Below are positions 13,711 to 26,096 of a DNA stretch of 64,000 nt, in pieces. How positions within the stretch are numbered: the first letter of the stretch is position 1; each line of letters opens with the position of its first letter. The notes beneath the pieces were generated by a model. The model saw nothing but the letters and a program-made list of their open reading frames with translations. It was not told the DNA's origin and made no database searches. The stretch covers positions 277,016,001-277,080,000 of the forward strand of contig OZ024740.1 in NCBI GenBank assembly GCA_964016885.1, read 5' to 3'. The position numbers and the translations under genes are program-made. The stretch comes from Eledone cirrhosa (taxonomy: Eukaryota).

Positions 13711-13734
13711 GTGCCTTTTCTCTTCACCACCAAC

Positions 13735-16700
13735 ATGGCTATGCTAAGAGTAGGCTGTTTAAATGCGCGTGGCCTGGGCTCAACTTGGAAGCAAGCAATG
13801 CTTCTAAATGACCTCAGGTCACAACGTATAGATGTGATGGTTATTTGCGAGGCCCGGATCAGCAACGTGCGACAGCTGGCCCCCACCTTTGATGACTTTG
13901 AGATGCACGCATCTCTCTGTCAGCCCGGAGGTGGGGGTGGAGTTGTCGTTCTGCTGCAAAAACATCTGGGTCTCGCAACACAGATGGTACATTTGGACCC
14001 GGAGGGTCGACTAGTGGTTCTGGACCTTGGCAGTGGTAAAGGCGGAGCGTTTAGGCTGGTAGCCGCCTACGGCCCTTTCGGGTCAATGCGGCCGGACTTC
14101 TTCCATCGTCTGGAGACTTTTCTAGGGACGTCCCGCTCCTTGCTATTAGTGGGGGACTGGAATGGTATCCTAGATGCACGCTGGGACTACGTAGGGGCCT
14201 GCCCCGATAGAGAGGGGTGTAATAGCCTCAAAGGGTTAATCGGTCGATTTGACCTGGCCGATAGATATCGACTAGATTTTCCGACTGCGCCAACCTGGAC
14301 TTGGGCAAATCGTAGCGGATCATCTAGGTCGTACCTAGATAGGTTCTTAGTTAGAATTAAGGATAAGGACATTTTAAGTTGTCCAAAAATGCGCATTGTT
14401 GGCTATTCAGACCACAAATTAGTGACCTGCATGGTCAACCTTGACAGAACTCATAGACAGGGCCCCGGTTACTGGAAGCTCAACTTGTCCTTGCCGGCAA
14501 GTAGAGCCTACAGGAATCGGATTAGTACGTTAGTTAAGGAACGGTTGACTGGAGCGATCGTCAACAGCAGGTGGTGGGTATCTCTAAAGAGAGAGATTAG
14601 AGTAGTCTCGATAGAATTTAGTAAGGTTCTAGCTGCGGATAGGAATAGGAAGGAAAGGGAGCTAATAGATAGAGTAGAAGAGGCAATTAGAAGCGGCGAC
14701 GTGGCCAGAGTGCTAGCGTCGAGAACGGCGTTGAGCCAGTTTTTCGACGCGAAGCACGAAGGCTGCGTTGTCCGAAGTAAAATACGTGCTCTAGGGAACG
14801 AGGGGACCAAAGCTGTTAGCTGGGCCCGCGTGACAGAGGCCAACAGTGGAACTAAATCCACCATCCGGTCTTTGCAAGACCTGGATGGACGGGCGATTCT
14901 TGAGCCTAAGCAGATGTGTGAGGCCTTTCAAAGGCACTTTGCCCGACTGTTCGGGAGGGGCGGGGAGCCGGTTGGGAACGTGGACTTCGGTCCATACCTC
15001 GACGGCCTGCCGCGCCTCTCGGACAGGGAGGCGAAGTCCTGCGAGGAGCCGATTTCGGCCGCTGAGATAGAGGACGTGCTGAGCCAATGCGGCAAACGCA
15101 AATCCCCGGGTCTCGATGGTCTTCCTTACGAATTATATCTAGCTATGCCGGACTTGTTCCCCGATCTCCTCGAGGCGGTCTACTGCAACTGGCAACAGAA
15201 CGGGAGAATTCCCTGTACTGTGACCAAGGGCGTAGTCACGCTAGTGAGGAAGGACGAGAACAAGGGGGACGAAATAAGTAACTTCAGGCCCATAACACTG
15301 CTAAATACAGAGTTACAGATTTTGGCCAAGGTGCTAGCAAAGAGGTTGGCGCTTGTCGTGGGCAACCTGGTGGGAGATGCGCAGACATGCGCTATCCCGT
15401 CCAGGTCCATCCATGACAACCTCCACCTCATGCGATACATCATAGAGAGGGTTGGGAACGAACCCGGCTTTGGTGGGGCTCTGATCAACTTGGATCAATC
15501 TAAGGCGTTCGATAGGGTCGACCATGGTTACCTGGATGCGGTGCTAGCGGCGGCAGGCTTCGGACCCGTTTTCAGGGGCTGGATCACTGCTATGCACAGC
15601 AGCCGCATCTGCTCTAGGGTCAAGGTGAACGGCTACCTCTCGGAGCCGTTCAAAATCGCGCGGTCCATCCGACAAGGGTGCCTTCTCTCCTCCCTTCTGT
15701 ATGTGTTGACTCTCGAGCCACTACTGCGGAAGTTGGAGTTGTTGCAGGGCATCCCTTTGGAACCGGGATTGCGGAAAGCGGTGTCGGCCTACGCCGATGA
15801 CGTGACAGTAATGGTGTCGACGGCCTCCGAAATCGAGGCGGTCGGCACCTTACTGGAGGAGTACGAAAAGTTCACAGGGGCTAAGCTGAACCGGGACAAG
15901 TCGATCGGTTTGCAACTCGGCACGTGGAGGGGCAGACCGATGCCCTCCGATAGCGTCGTCGGACGCTGGACGGAGGGCCCGGTGAAGTTGCTCGGGGTCT
16001 GGTTCGGACCGGACCTCCAGGTGGAGAAAAACTGGGCGGAGGTTACGAACAGGGTGTTTGCACTGACCCAGAAGTGGGCCAGTTGCAAACTATCCCTGAA
16101 AGGTCGGGCGGAGGTGGCGAACACCTACATAGCGTCCGTCATCTACTACCGCCTGACCGTAGTGCCCTGCCCAAGGGAAACCCTCACCAAGATGGAGCGC
16201 GCGCTCTTCCAATTCCTTTGGAAGAGGCGGGCTCCTATGGTGAGGAGATCCATCTGCTGTCAACACCCTTCGAAAGGAGGGCTGGGGATGCCGTGGCTAA
16301 TGATGCGTAAACACGCATTAAGGCTACGGCACCTCTACGTATTCCTCACCGGACAACCGGTGTGGGCCTCGTTTGTGAGACGAACCTTTCCCAAACTCGT
16401 CTCACTCACCGAGCTGCAATCCTGGGTCAAGCAAAGACCGAGAAAACTGGGCGCCTGGCACACTGAGTGTGCCCAGACGCTCACCGCCCTCTGGCAGGCG
16501 GATCCGGTTATCAGTGGAGACTCCACCGCAACATTCTATAGAGGGCTGGTACGCAGCAGGTGCGACGACGCCCTCGGAGAAGCCCTAGACATGGAGGAGG
16601 ACGAACTGGCCAGCCTGTTCGGTAGGACATTCAGCCCGGGACCTATGGACAACTTCCAGAAGTCCCTGGCCTGGCAGTGCTACCGAGGGGCTTTACCCGT

Positions 16701-17172
16701 TCGAGAAAGGCTCTACAGACACGGGCGCCCGGGTAGGGACCCCGCCAAAAAGATCTGTCCCAGATGCGTGTGCGACGAGGAAACCGTTGCACACGCATTA
16801 GTACACTGCTCGGGCGTAGCCGATCTGTGGGGCTATGTCGAACAACTGCTGTCAAGGGTGGGACCGATCCGGTTGACCACCGAGTCGATTGTAATGATCA
16901 AGCCGCCTCCCCCCTTCAAAGATGAAGCAGAGGCGGTGTTTCTGTGCGTAATAGCCATGGCGAAAGAGGTTGTATGGTGGACGCGTCTGAAAGGACTGAG
17001 GTCGGGCACCTTTCTCTCTGGCCAACAACTGGTCCGTTTCTTCCGATATCATTTCGGAAGAAGGATCAGGATGGAGAGAGAGGTGCTGCACCCCAGCCGT
17101 TTCTATGAAAGATGGGTGAAAGTGGCGAGAATGGCCCGTGTGAATGGGCCTTCACTCTACATCAGACTATAG
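13735..17172 (+). CDS. ORF2: apurinic endonuclease + reverse transcriptase + C-terminal zinc-binding domain (~1145 aa)
   Basis: APE motifs NARGL, GDWN, YLDRF, SDHK; RT motifs KSPGLDG, FRPITLLN, LDQSKAFD, RQGC, YADD; CPRC...HALVHC; ATG in caacATGg context conserved in copies B and C. Confidence 0.96.
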   Translation: MAMLRVGCLNARGLGSTWKQAMLLNDLRSQRIDVMVICEARISNVRQLAPTFDDFEMHASLCQPGGGGGVVVLLQKHLGLATQMVHLDPEGRLVVLDLGSGKGGAFRLVAAYGPFGSMRPDFFHRLETFLGTSRSLLLVGDWNGILDARWDYVGACPDREGCNSLKGLIGRFDLADRYRLDFPTAPTWTWANRSGSSRSYLDRFLVRIKDKDILSCPKMRIVGYSDHKLVTCMVNLDRTHRQGPGYWKLNLSLPASRAYRNRISTLVKERLTGAIVNSRWWVSLKREIRVVSIEFSKVLAADRNRKERELIDRVEEAIRSGDVARVLASRTALSQFFDAKHEGCVVRSKIRALGNEGTKAVSWARVTEANSGTKSTIRSLQDLDGRAILEPKQMCEAFQRHFARLFGRGGEPVGNVDFGPYLDGLPRLSDREAKSCEEPISAAEIEDVLSQCGKRKSPGLDGLPYELYLAMPDLFPDLLEAVYCNWQQNGRIPCTVTKGVVTLVRKDENKGDEISNFRPITLLNTELQILAKVLAKRLALVVGNLVGDAQTCAIPSRSIHDNLHLMRYIIERVGNEPGFGGALINLDQSKAFDRVDHGYLDAVLAAAGFGPVFRGWITAMHSSRICSRVKVNGYLSEPFKIARSIRQGCLLSSLLYVLTLEPLLRKLELLQGIPLEPGLRKAVSAYADDVTVMVSTASEIEAVGTLLEEYEKFTGAKLNRDKSIGLQLGTWRGRPMPSDSVVGRWTEGPVKLLGVWFGPDLQVEKNWAEVTNRVFALTQKWASCKLSLKGRAEVANTYIASVIYYRLTVVPCPRETLTKMERALFQFLWKRRAPMVRRSICCQHPSKGGLGMPWLMMRKHALRLRHLYVFLTGQPVWASFVRRTFPKLVSLTELQSWVKQRPRKLGAWHTECAQTLTALWQADPVISGDSTATFYRGLVRSRCDDALGEALDMEEDELASLFGRTFSPGPMDNFQKSLAWQCYRGALPVRERLYRHGRPGRDPAKKICPRCVCDEETVAHALVHCSGVADLWGYVEQLLSRVGPIRLTTESIVMIKPPPPFKDEAEAVFLCVIAMAKEVVWWTRLKGLRSGTFLSGQQLVRFFRYHFGRRIRMEREVLHPSRFYERWVKVARMARVNGPSLYIRL

Positions 17173-17434
17173 GTGAGGAAGATAAAAGACCAAGGGAGCA
17201 CCCCTTCTCTGTGCTCCTGAGGAGAAGGGTTGCACACTTTTTTCGGGGGTGTGTGCGACCCCCCAAGGCGCCTCCTCTCTATTGAGGATTTTGTTAAAAA
17301 TTTTATTTTTTGTTATATCTTATTTTATTTTTATATTTTGTTATTGCCTTCTCCTTATTGAGGACGCCTTTTTGTGTAAACTCCCCCCTTTGTACTTGTC
17401 CCACTTTTGATGCCCTAGTGGCAAATAAAAGAAA

Positions 17435-17458
17435 TATATCTATCTATCCATCTATCTA

Positions 17459-17526
<68 letters not shown>

Positions 17527-17608
17527 CATCTATCTATATCCATCTATCTATCCATCTATCTATATCCATCTATCTCTCTATCCATCTATCTATCTATCTA
17601 TCTTTATC
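17435..17608. repeat. (TATC)n/(CATC) spacer 2
   Basis: Directly visible. Confidence 0.95.
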
Positions 17609-20600
17609 CCAAAACGACATTGAACTGGTTCTGAAGGATTCCATGAAGGATATTGCCTTCATCCAAAAAGGGAAACTTTTTGGAAGCATTTCGGTGTTGT
17701 TGACAGACCAATTGACGGCACAAAAATATTCTGTATCGCCGATTGTGTCCCCCCTTTACACCTTTTTCCCCACATATATGAGAAAAAGGACACAAAAGAT
17801 AAACATTTCGAACATTGCACCAAATGTAAACGTCTGGTGGATTTTATCTGGCTTCATCGATTTCGACGAAGACACCATCATTTCGATGGGAAAGTCCTCC
17901 ATAGGCACATTCAATGGTACAAGCATGGAAGTTCTGGCCCAAATGAGGCCAGAACGGATAGCTAAAATACGCCAACGTGTGCCTCTGGATGGAATTTCAC
18001 ACATAAACATTTCTGTTGAGGGTAGGCGGCCTTCATGTTACCACTGTTAAAGCAGTGGTCAGCTGAAGGCTTACTGTCATCAGTTAACTACGAAAAAAAA
18101 AGAGACACTACTGCCAACACCCAAAACACCCAAAACAACAACACAACCACCACCACCACCACCACCACCACCACCACCACCACCACAACAACAACAACAA
18201 CAAGAACACGCAAACATAACCAAAACAAAAACAACAAACCAACCTGCAAGCAGAGTCCCACCCAACCCCACTCCACCTAAAACCACTGCAAAAACGCCCA
18301 CAAACACAACAGCTCCCCGAAACATACCCCTTCCAAATAACACAGACACCACAACGGACGAAGCCCCCTCATCATCACCAGGTGACGATGAGGGAGAGCC
18401 TCTCCGTTCGAAAAGAAAGAAGAAAAGACACCACAAGAACAAAAAAACAACAAACATCACTACAAACATACAACCACCAACACAAACAACACAAACATTA
18501 CAAACAAAAACCCTCCGTCCCGAAAACAAAACCACGACATCACTCCAAACACAAACACCTACAACAAAACGAAAGCTCCCACAAAAACCACCGCAACACA
18601 ACAATAACATTACAAATACATAAACAGTAAAAACAAAACTTTAATGGAGGTCATCTCCAACGACCCTTCGTTGAAAACCGAAGGGAAAACTTTTTCAAAC
18701 TGTGTAGACAAACCTAATTTAAAGATGATTAGGGTCCCTACGGACACCTATAAGTCTTTAAAGGAAAACTTTCCTAAGGACGTGGGTAATCCTTAACCGC
18801 GTCCTTTTACAAAGTTTCCCCACCCTCACCTCGGACACACCCACTCCAGACACCCCCACCCATCAGACACCCCCTCCCCACCAAACATCTCCGTCCCCAC
18901 CCCGCCGGAAACCACCACCAACCCAGACAACCCTCTAACACCCTCATGGAAATCGTGCGGCCTGATCCCCGGGAGACGAAGAGGTGAGTGTTTTCTTCTC
19001 TTCTTTTAACTTTTCAGAACCAACATGGCCAATATGAGAGTTGGATGTGTGAATGTATGCGGCCTGGGGATGCCCTTGTAACAGGGCAAACTCTTAAACG
19101 ACCTCAGGTCGCACAGTATGGATGTAATTGTCATTTGCGAGTCCAGGATCCACAGCGAGTGACAGCTGGCGCCCATCTTCGATGACTTAGAGATCTACGC
19201 ATCTCTCTGTCAGCCGGTGGGTGGGGGCGGGGGTTGCCGTTTTGCTGCGGAAACACCTGGACCTCGTAACACAGACGGTACATCTGGACCCGGAGGGATG
19301 ACTGGTGGTCCTAGACGTTGACGGTAGTGAAGGTGGAGCCTTCAGGCTGGTGGCCGCATATGCTCCATCCAGGACACCGCGGCCAGACTTCTTCAAACGT
19401 CTAGAGACTTTTCTGGGAACGTCCCGCTCCTTGCTTTTAGTGTTGGACTGGAATGGAATCCTAGATGCACATTGGGACTATGTGGGAGCATGTCCCGATA
19501 AAGGGAGGTGTAACAGCCTCAAACAGTTAATCGGCCGATTTGATCTGGCCGATATATATCGACTATATTTTCCGACTTATCCACTGTGGACGTGGACTAA
19601 TCGTAGCGGAACATCTAGATCGTACTTAGATAAGGTTCTAGTTAGAAATAAGGATAGGGACATGTTAAGCTGTCCACAAATGTTCATCTTTGCCTATTCA
19701 GATCACAAACTAGTGACCTGCATGGTGAACCTTTGTAGAACCCATAGCTACTGGAAGCTGAACTTGTCGCTACCGACATGCAAAGCCGACAGTAGACGGA
19801 TTAGCACTTTAGTTAAACAGCACTTGACAGGGGCCATTGTCAACAACATATGGTAGTACTCGCTCAAGAGGGCAGTTAGATTAGACTCGTTAGTTTTTAG
19901 TAAATAATTAGCGTTGGATAGAAATAGGACCGAGAACTAACTGGTAGATAAATTAGAAGAGGCAATTAGAAGTGGCAACGTAGCCAGCGTGCTAGCAACG
20001 AGAACGGACTTGGACCAGTTCTTCGACGCAAAGCACGAGGCCTGCGTTGTCAGAAGCAAAATACGTGCTCTGGGAAACGAGGGAGCCAAAGCTGTTAGCT
20101 GGGCCCGAGTGACGGAGGCAAAAAGTGGCAACAAGTCCACGATTTGGTCTTTGGAGGACCAAGACGGGCGTGTGATACGTGAGCCTAAGCAGATGTGTGC
20201 GGCCTTTCAGCGGCACTTTGCTCAACTGTTCGGGCAGGGTGGCGCGCCGGGAGGGGATATGGATTTCGGTCCATACCTCGACGGCCTACCGCGACTCTCG
20301 GACAGCGAGGCGAAGTTATGCGAAAAGCCGATTTCAGCCGCTGAGATAGAGGACGCGCTGAGCCAATGCGGCAAACGCAAATCACCAGGTCTCCACAGTC
20401 TACCCTACGAATTTTACGTAGCAATGCTGGACTTATTCTCCGGTGTCCTGGAAGCGGTCTACTGCAACTGGCAGCAGAACGGGAGAATTCCCAGTTCTGT
20501 GACCGGGGGCGTAGTCACACTAGTAAGGAAGGACAAGAATAAGGGGGATGACATAAACAACTTGCGGCCCATAACTCTGCTAAACACAGAGTTACAGATT

Positions 20601-22625
20601 TTGGCCAAGGTGTTGGCAAAGGGCTGGCGCTTGTCGTCGACAACCTGATGGGAGAAGCGCAGACATGCGCAATCCCGACCAGGCCCATACACGACAACCT
20701 CCACCTCATGCGATACATTATAGAGAGGGTAGGGTGTAAACCCGGCTTCGGTGGGGCCCTGATCAACTTGGATCAGTCTAAGGCTTTCGATAGGGTTGAC
20801 CATCGTTACCTGGATGCGGTTCTCGACGCGGCAGGCTTCGGACCTGTGTTCAGGGGCTGGATTGCTGCAATGCACAACAGCAACATCTGCTCATGGGTCA
20901 AGGTGAACGGCTACCTCTCGGAGCCTTTCCATGTCACGCGATCCATTCGACAGGGATGCCCTATCTCCTAACTTCTGTACATACTGACTCTCGAGCCACT
21001 ACTGCGGAAGTTGGAGCTATTGCTGGGCATCCCTCTGGAACCGGGACTGCGGAAAGCGGCGTCGGACTACGCCGACGATGTAACATTAATGGTGTCAAGA
21101 GCCTCCCAAATCGAGAAAGACGGCACCTGACTGAAGGAATACGAAAGGTTCACAGGAACGAAGCTGAACCGCAACAAGTCCATCGGTTTGCAACACGGAT
21201 CGTGGAGTGGCAAACCGATGCCTTCCGATGGCGTCGTCGGACGCTGGACGGAAGGACCGGTAAAGCTGCTCGGGGTCTGGTTTGGTCCGGACCTCCAGGT
21301 GGAGAAGAACTGGAACGAGGTGACGGCCAAGGTGTTTGCACTCACCCAGAAGTGGGCCGCGTGCAAACTATCCTTGAAAGGTCGAGCGGAGGTGGCGAAC
21401 ACTTTTATAGCGTCCGCCAACTACTACCGCTTGACCGTTGTGCCTTGTCCAGCCAAAACGCTCCCCAAAATGGAGCGCGCGCTCTTCCAATTCCTTTAGA
21501 GGAGGTGGGCTCCTTTGGTAAGAAGGTCCATCTGCTGCCAACACCCTTCCAACGTAGGGCTGGGCATGCCGTGGCTGACGATGCGCAAACACGCACTCAG
21601 GCTGCGGCATCTCTACATATTCCTCACCGGACAACCGGTGTGGGCCCTGTTCGTGAGGCGAGCCTTCCCACGAATCGTCTCGCTGACCTAGCTGCAGTCC
21701 TGGGTCAAGCAAAGACCGAGGAAAATGGGCGACTGGCGCATCTAATGTGTTCAGGCGCTCACAACCCTCTTGCAGGCGGACCCGGCGGTCGGTGGAGACT
21801 CCACTTCGTCATTCTATAGAGGGTTGATCCGCAGCAAGTGCGACTACGCGCTCGGTGAAACTCTAGGCGCAGAGGAAGACGAACTGGCCAGTCTGTTCGG
21901 TAGGACCTTCCGCCCGGGACCGATGGACAACTTCCAAAAGTCTCTGGCTTGGCAGTGCTACCGAGGAGCTCTACCAGTTCGAGACAAGCTCTACAGACAT
22001 GGGCGACCGAGCAGTGACCCTTCGAAAAAGATTTGTCCGAGCTGCGTGCGAGACGAAGAAACCGTCGCGCACGCATTCATACACTTCCCGGGCGTTACCG
22101 ACCTGTGGGCTACGTAGAACGACTATTGTCGCTGGTGGGATCTATCCGGTTGACCACCGAGTCCATTGTCATGATCAAACCGCCACCCTCCTTTAAAAAC
22201 GAAGGAGAGGCGGGTTTCCTTTGTGTGATAGCTATGGCGAAAGAGGTTGTATGGTGGGCGAGGTTGAAAGGGCTGAGGTCAGACACCTTTCTCTCCGGCC
22301 AACAACTGATTCTTTTTTTCAAATACCACTTTGGAAGAAGAATCAGGATGGAGAGAGAGGTGCTGTACCCCAACAAGTTTTATGACGTGGGTGAGGAAAA
22401 AAAGGAAGAGAGGAAAGGGGTACAAACTCTTCGTTCTCCTGGAGATGAGGGTTGCACATTTTTTTCTGGGATATGTGTTATCCATATGTAATGTCTCCCC
22501 CTATTGGGGAAATCGATTAACTTTCAAATTGTATTTGTGATAGTATTTTACACATTTTTATTGTATGTAAACTTCCCCCTTTGTATTTGTCCCCTTCTTT
22601 TGTCCCCCTGTGGCTAATAAAGAAA
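17609..22625 (+). mobile_element. L1/Tx1-clade copy B (5'-truncated in ORF1, disrupted)
   Basis: ORF1 remnant 17609-18987 with CYHC knuckle; ORF2 homologue of copy A with stops and frameshifts; same 3' terminus. Confidence 0.95.
19025..22390 (+). pseudogene. Disrupted ORF2 (EN-RT-Zn) of copy B
   Basis: ORF fragments 19305, 19989, 20648, 21188, 21770 and 22033 are collinear with copy A ORF2. Confidence 0.93.
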
Positions 22626-22627
22626 CA

Positions 22628-22651
22628 TATCTATCTATCTATCTATCTATC
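22628..22651. repeat. (TATC)6 spacer 3
   Basis: Directly visible. Confidence 0.95.
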
Positions 22652-22846
22652 TCCTGCGAAGTTTTTACGGATCTTCTATACAAAAAACTGTAAGTTTATT
22701 GTTAAACTTAATATTGTTGTTTAGCTTAACCCCTCGTCTGGGCTTTCAGACGGTCGGTTAACTCATTTTCGTCCCTTTTTGGGGCGGAATTTACATTTGA
22801 AAAATTTTGCTGTGAAAAAAAAAAATATTTCTCTTTGAATTCAGTA

Positions 22847-24700
22847 ATGGATGCCACTTCGCATTCAGCTGTGAATGCCACGCCCACTGAGAAGGGTGGT
22901 GGAGGGGACGTAAGAGTACAAAGCTCACAGCCACCCCCTCTCAACTTATTGAAAGACGTTGAGTGCGTCGACATGTTTGAGAAGCATGTGAACACGGGAT
23001 CAAACCCGAACAGTAATACCGACACCAACCAGAACAATGCCAACAACAATGACAACAACACCACAACCAACAACAGCAACAATGACAACACCAACACCAT
23101 GAAAAATGAAAACGATACCAACCAGAACAACGTCAATAAAAAGAACTACAACAACAACAATGATGACAACAACGCAAGCACCAACAACAGCAACAAGGAA
23201 GACAACAACACAACCAAAATTTCTTTAGCACAAACTGTACAAAAGACAGAAATGTATACCCCAATTGACATTTCAAATGCCAAGGAACTGTTAAGAGACG
23301 CAAGGCAATACGTAACTTTTGGGAGAATTGCGCTTTTAGCATTACTTCTCCCCAAGAATTACGTTGAGAAACTGTCCTGAAAACTATAATTTTCAGGACA
23401 ATCTCAAACACCACCAGAAAACCAGCTCAATTATCGCAAAATGAAATTGTTTGGTCCTAAGAAACTTGATGAAAAACAGAAAGGAAAACTCTTCGGGAGT
23501 TTATCAGTAATAATGAAAGACCAATTGACGGCACAAAAATATTCTGTGTCACCAATTGTGTCCCCCCTCTACACCTTTTCCCCCACATATATGGGAAAAA
23601 GAACCCCCAAAATAAGTGTAACAAGTATCACACCAAATGTAAATATCTGGTAGATATTGAGTGGCTTTTTCAACTTTGATGAAGACACAATAATTTCGGT
23701 AGGAAAGTCCTCGAGGGCATATTTAACGGTACTAGCTTAGAAGTTCTGGTCCAAATGAGGCAAGAACAAATAGCTAGAATCCCACAACATGTGCCACTGG
23801 ATGGAGTTTCCTACATAAACATTTCTGTTGAGGGTAGGCGGTCTTTATGTTACCACTGTATAAGCAGTGGTCACCCGAGGGCTTACTGTCCTCAATTAAC
23901 TGCGATTAAAAAAAAGGCACTACTGTCGACACCCAACAAAACAACACAACCACCACCACCACCACCACCACCACCACCACCACCACCACAACAACAACAA
24001 CAACACACAAAAATAACTAAAACAAACCAAACCGCAAACAAGTCCCACCCAACCCCTCCCCACCGAAAACCACTGCAAAAACACCCACAAGCACAACAAC
24101 TCCCCAAAACGTACCCCTCCGCAATCACACAGACGACACAACGGACGAGGCCCCCTCATCATAACCCAGAGAACCCCTCCGCTCGAAAAGAAAGAAAAAA
24201 AGTCATCACACGAACAAAAAGGCAACAAACACACAACCACCAACACAAACAACACAGACATTACAAACAAAAATCCCCCCTCCCGAAAACAAAACAACGA
24301 CAACACTCCAAACACAAACATCCACAACAAAACGAAAACACACACAAGAACAACAGACAAAAACTAACACAACACAACAAAAATATTATACATACATAAA
24401 CACTGACAATAAAACCTTAATAGAGGTCATCTCCAAAAACTCTTCCGTGGAAACCGAAGGAAAATATTTTACCAAATGTATAGACAAACCTAATTTAAGG
24501 ATGATTAGGTTCCTTAAAGGAAAACTTTGCCGAGGACGTGGGGAATACGTGTGTTAAACCAATGAACCGCGTCCTCTTGAAATGTTTCCCCACCAAACAA
24601 CTCCGTCCCAACCCCGCCAGAAACCACCACCCTACCAAACAATTCCTCCAACACGCCCATGGAAATTGTGCAGCCTGGTCTCCAGGAAACGAAGAAGTGA
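22847..24700 (+). pseudogene. Disrupted ORF1 (Asn-rich N-terminus, globular nucleic-acid-binding region, CCHC zinc knuckle, Thr/Gln/Lys-rich linker)
   Basis: CYHCISSGHPRAYC fits CX2CX4HX4C; KGKLFGS...SPIVSPLYTF shared with copy B. Confidence 0.85.
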
Positions 24701-24742
24701 GTCAATTCTTTTCCTTTTCTGTTTTAACTCTTCCTCACCAAC

Positions 24743-26096
24743 ATGGCGAATATAAGAGTCGGATGTGTAAATGTGCGCGGCCTAGGGATGCCCTGGAAAC
24801 AGGGCAAACTCTTAAATGACCTCAGGTCGATTAGTATGGATGTGGTAGTCATTTGCAAGTCCAGGATCCACAACAGGCAGCAGCTGGCCCCCATCTTCGA
24901 CGACTTTGAGATCTACGCATCTCTTTGTCAGCCGGGATGTGGACGCGGGGTGTTGTTTTACTGCGGAAACACCTGGACCTCGTAACACAGACGGTTCATC
25001 TGGACCCGGAGGGTCAACTGGTGGTCCTAAACATCAGCAGTGGTGAAGGTGGAGCCTTCAGACTGGTGGTGGTATTTGCCTCATCCAGGACATCGCGCCC
25101 AGACTTCTTCAAACGTCTGGAGACTTTTCTGGGAACGTACCGTTCCTTGATTTTAGTGGGGGACTGGAATGGAATCCTAGATGCACGTTGGGATTATGTG
25201 GGTGCATGTCCCGTTAGAGTGGGGTGTAACAGCCTCAAACAGTTAATCGGCCGATTTCAACTGGCCGATAGATACCGACTAGATTTCCCAACTGCGCCAC
25301 TGTGGACGTGGACGAACCGGAGCGGGACATCTAGATCGTACTTAGATAGGTTTCTAATTAGAGATAGGGATAGGGACATGTTAAGCTGTCCACACATGTT
25401 CATGGTTGCCTATTCATATAAAAAACTAGTGACCTGTATAGTCAACCTTGATAGAACCCATAGGCAGGGACCCGGCTTCTGGAAGCTTAACCTGCCGTTA
25501 CCGACACGTAAAGCATACAGTAGTCGGATTAGCACTTTAGATTAACAAAAGTTTAAAGGGGCCATTGTCAACAACAGGTGGTGGTGCTCTCTCAAGAGAG
25601 CATTTAGATTAGAGTTGATAGCTTTTAGTAAAGAACTAGCGTTAGATAGGATTAATTCTGAAAAGAAACTAGAAGATAAAATAGAAGAGGCGCTCTAGGA
25701 AACGACGGAGCCAAATATGTTAGCTGGGCCCGAGTGATGGAGGCGAAAAGTGGTAACAAGTCCACTTGAAGGACCAAGACGGACGCGTGATACTTGAACC
25801 AGAGCAGATGTGCGCGGCCTTTCAGCGGCACTTTGAACGATTGTTCGGGCGGGGCGGCGCGCCGGGAGGGGCTATGGATTTAGGTCCATACCTTGACGGC
25901 CTGCCGCGACTCCCGGACGGGGAGGCGAAGGCCTGCGAAAGGCCGATTTCGCCACTGAGATAGGGGACGCGCTGAGCCAATGTGGCAAACGCAAATCGCC
26001 AGGTCTCGACGGTCTGCCGTACGAATTTTACGTAGCAATGCCAGAGGTGGTGAACGCTTATATAGCGTCCGCCATATACTACCGCTTGACCGTAGT
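24743..26096 (+). pseudogene. Disrupted, deleted ORF2 of copy C
   Basis: MANIRVGCVNVRGLG...GDWNGILD...SRSYLDRF; frameshifts. Confidence 0.9.

Larger units (their letters stand above)
13120..17434 (+). mobile_element. L1/Tx1-clade non-LTR retrotransposon copy A (5'-truncated, intact ORF2)
   Basis: ORF1 C-terminal remnant, ORF2 and a 3' UTR ending at AATAAA; TATC repeats on both sides; much more GC-rich than the flanks. Confidence 0.95.
22652..26096 (+). mobile_element. L1/Tx1-clade copy C (apparently 5'-complete, internally deleted, 3' end lost)
   Basis: ~195-bp 5' UTR, ORF1 ATG at 22847, ORF2 ATG at 24743; near 26043 the sequence jumps from early RT to the EVANTY region. Confidence 0.92.

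Noticed and set aside
13735-17172. Bacterial contamination or horizontal transfer suggested by high GC
   Set aside because: Clear eukaryotic LINE ORF2 with diverged relatives of several ages in the same window
17310-18050. 246-aa ORF with a hydrophobic N-terminus resembling a signal peptide
   Set aside because: Chance read-through of copy A 3' UTR, the TATC spacer and copy B ORF1 remnant
20893-21819. 308-aa alternative-frame ORF and the antisense ORFs within the LINEs
   Set aside because: Shadow frames of GC-rich ORF2; not conserved as open frames in copy A
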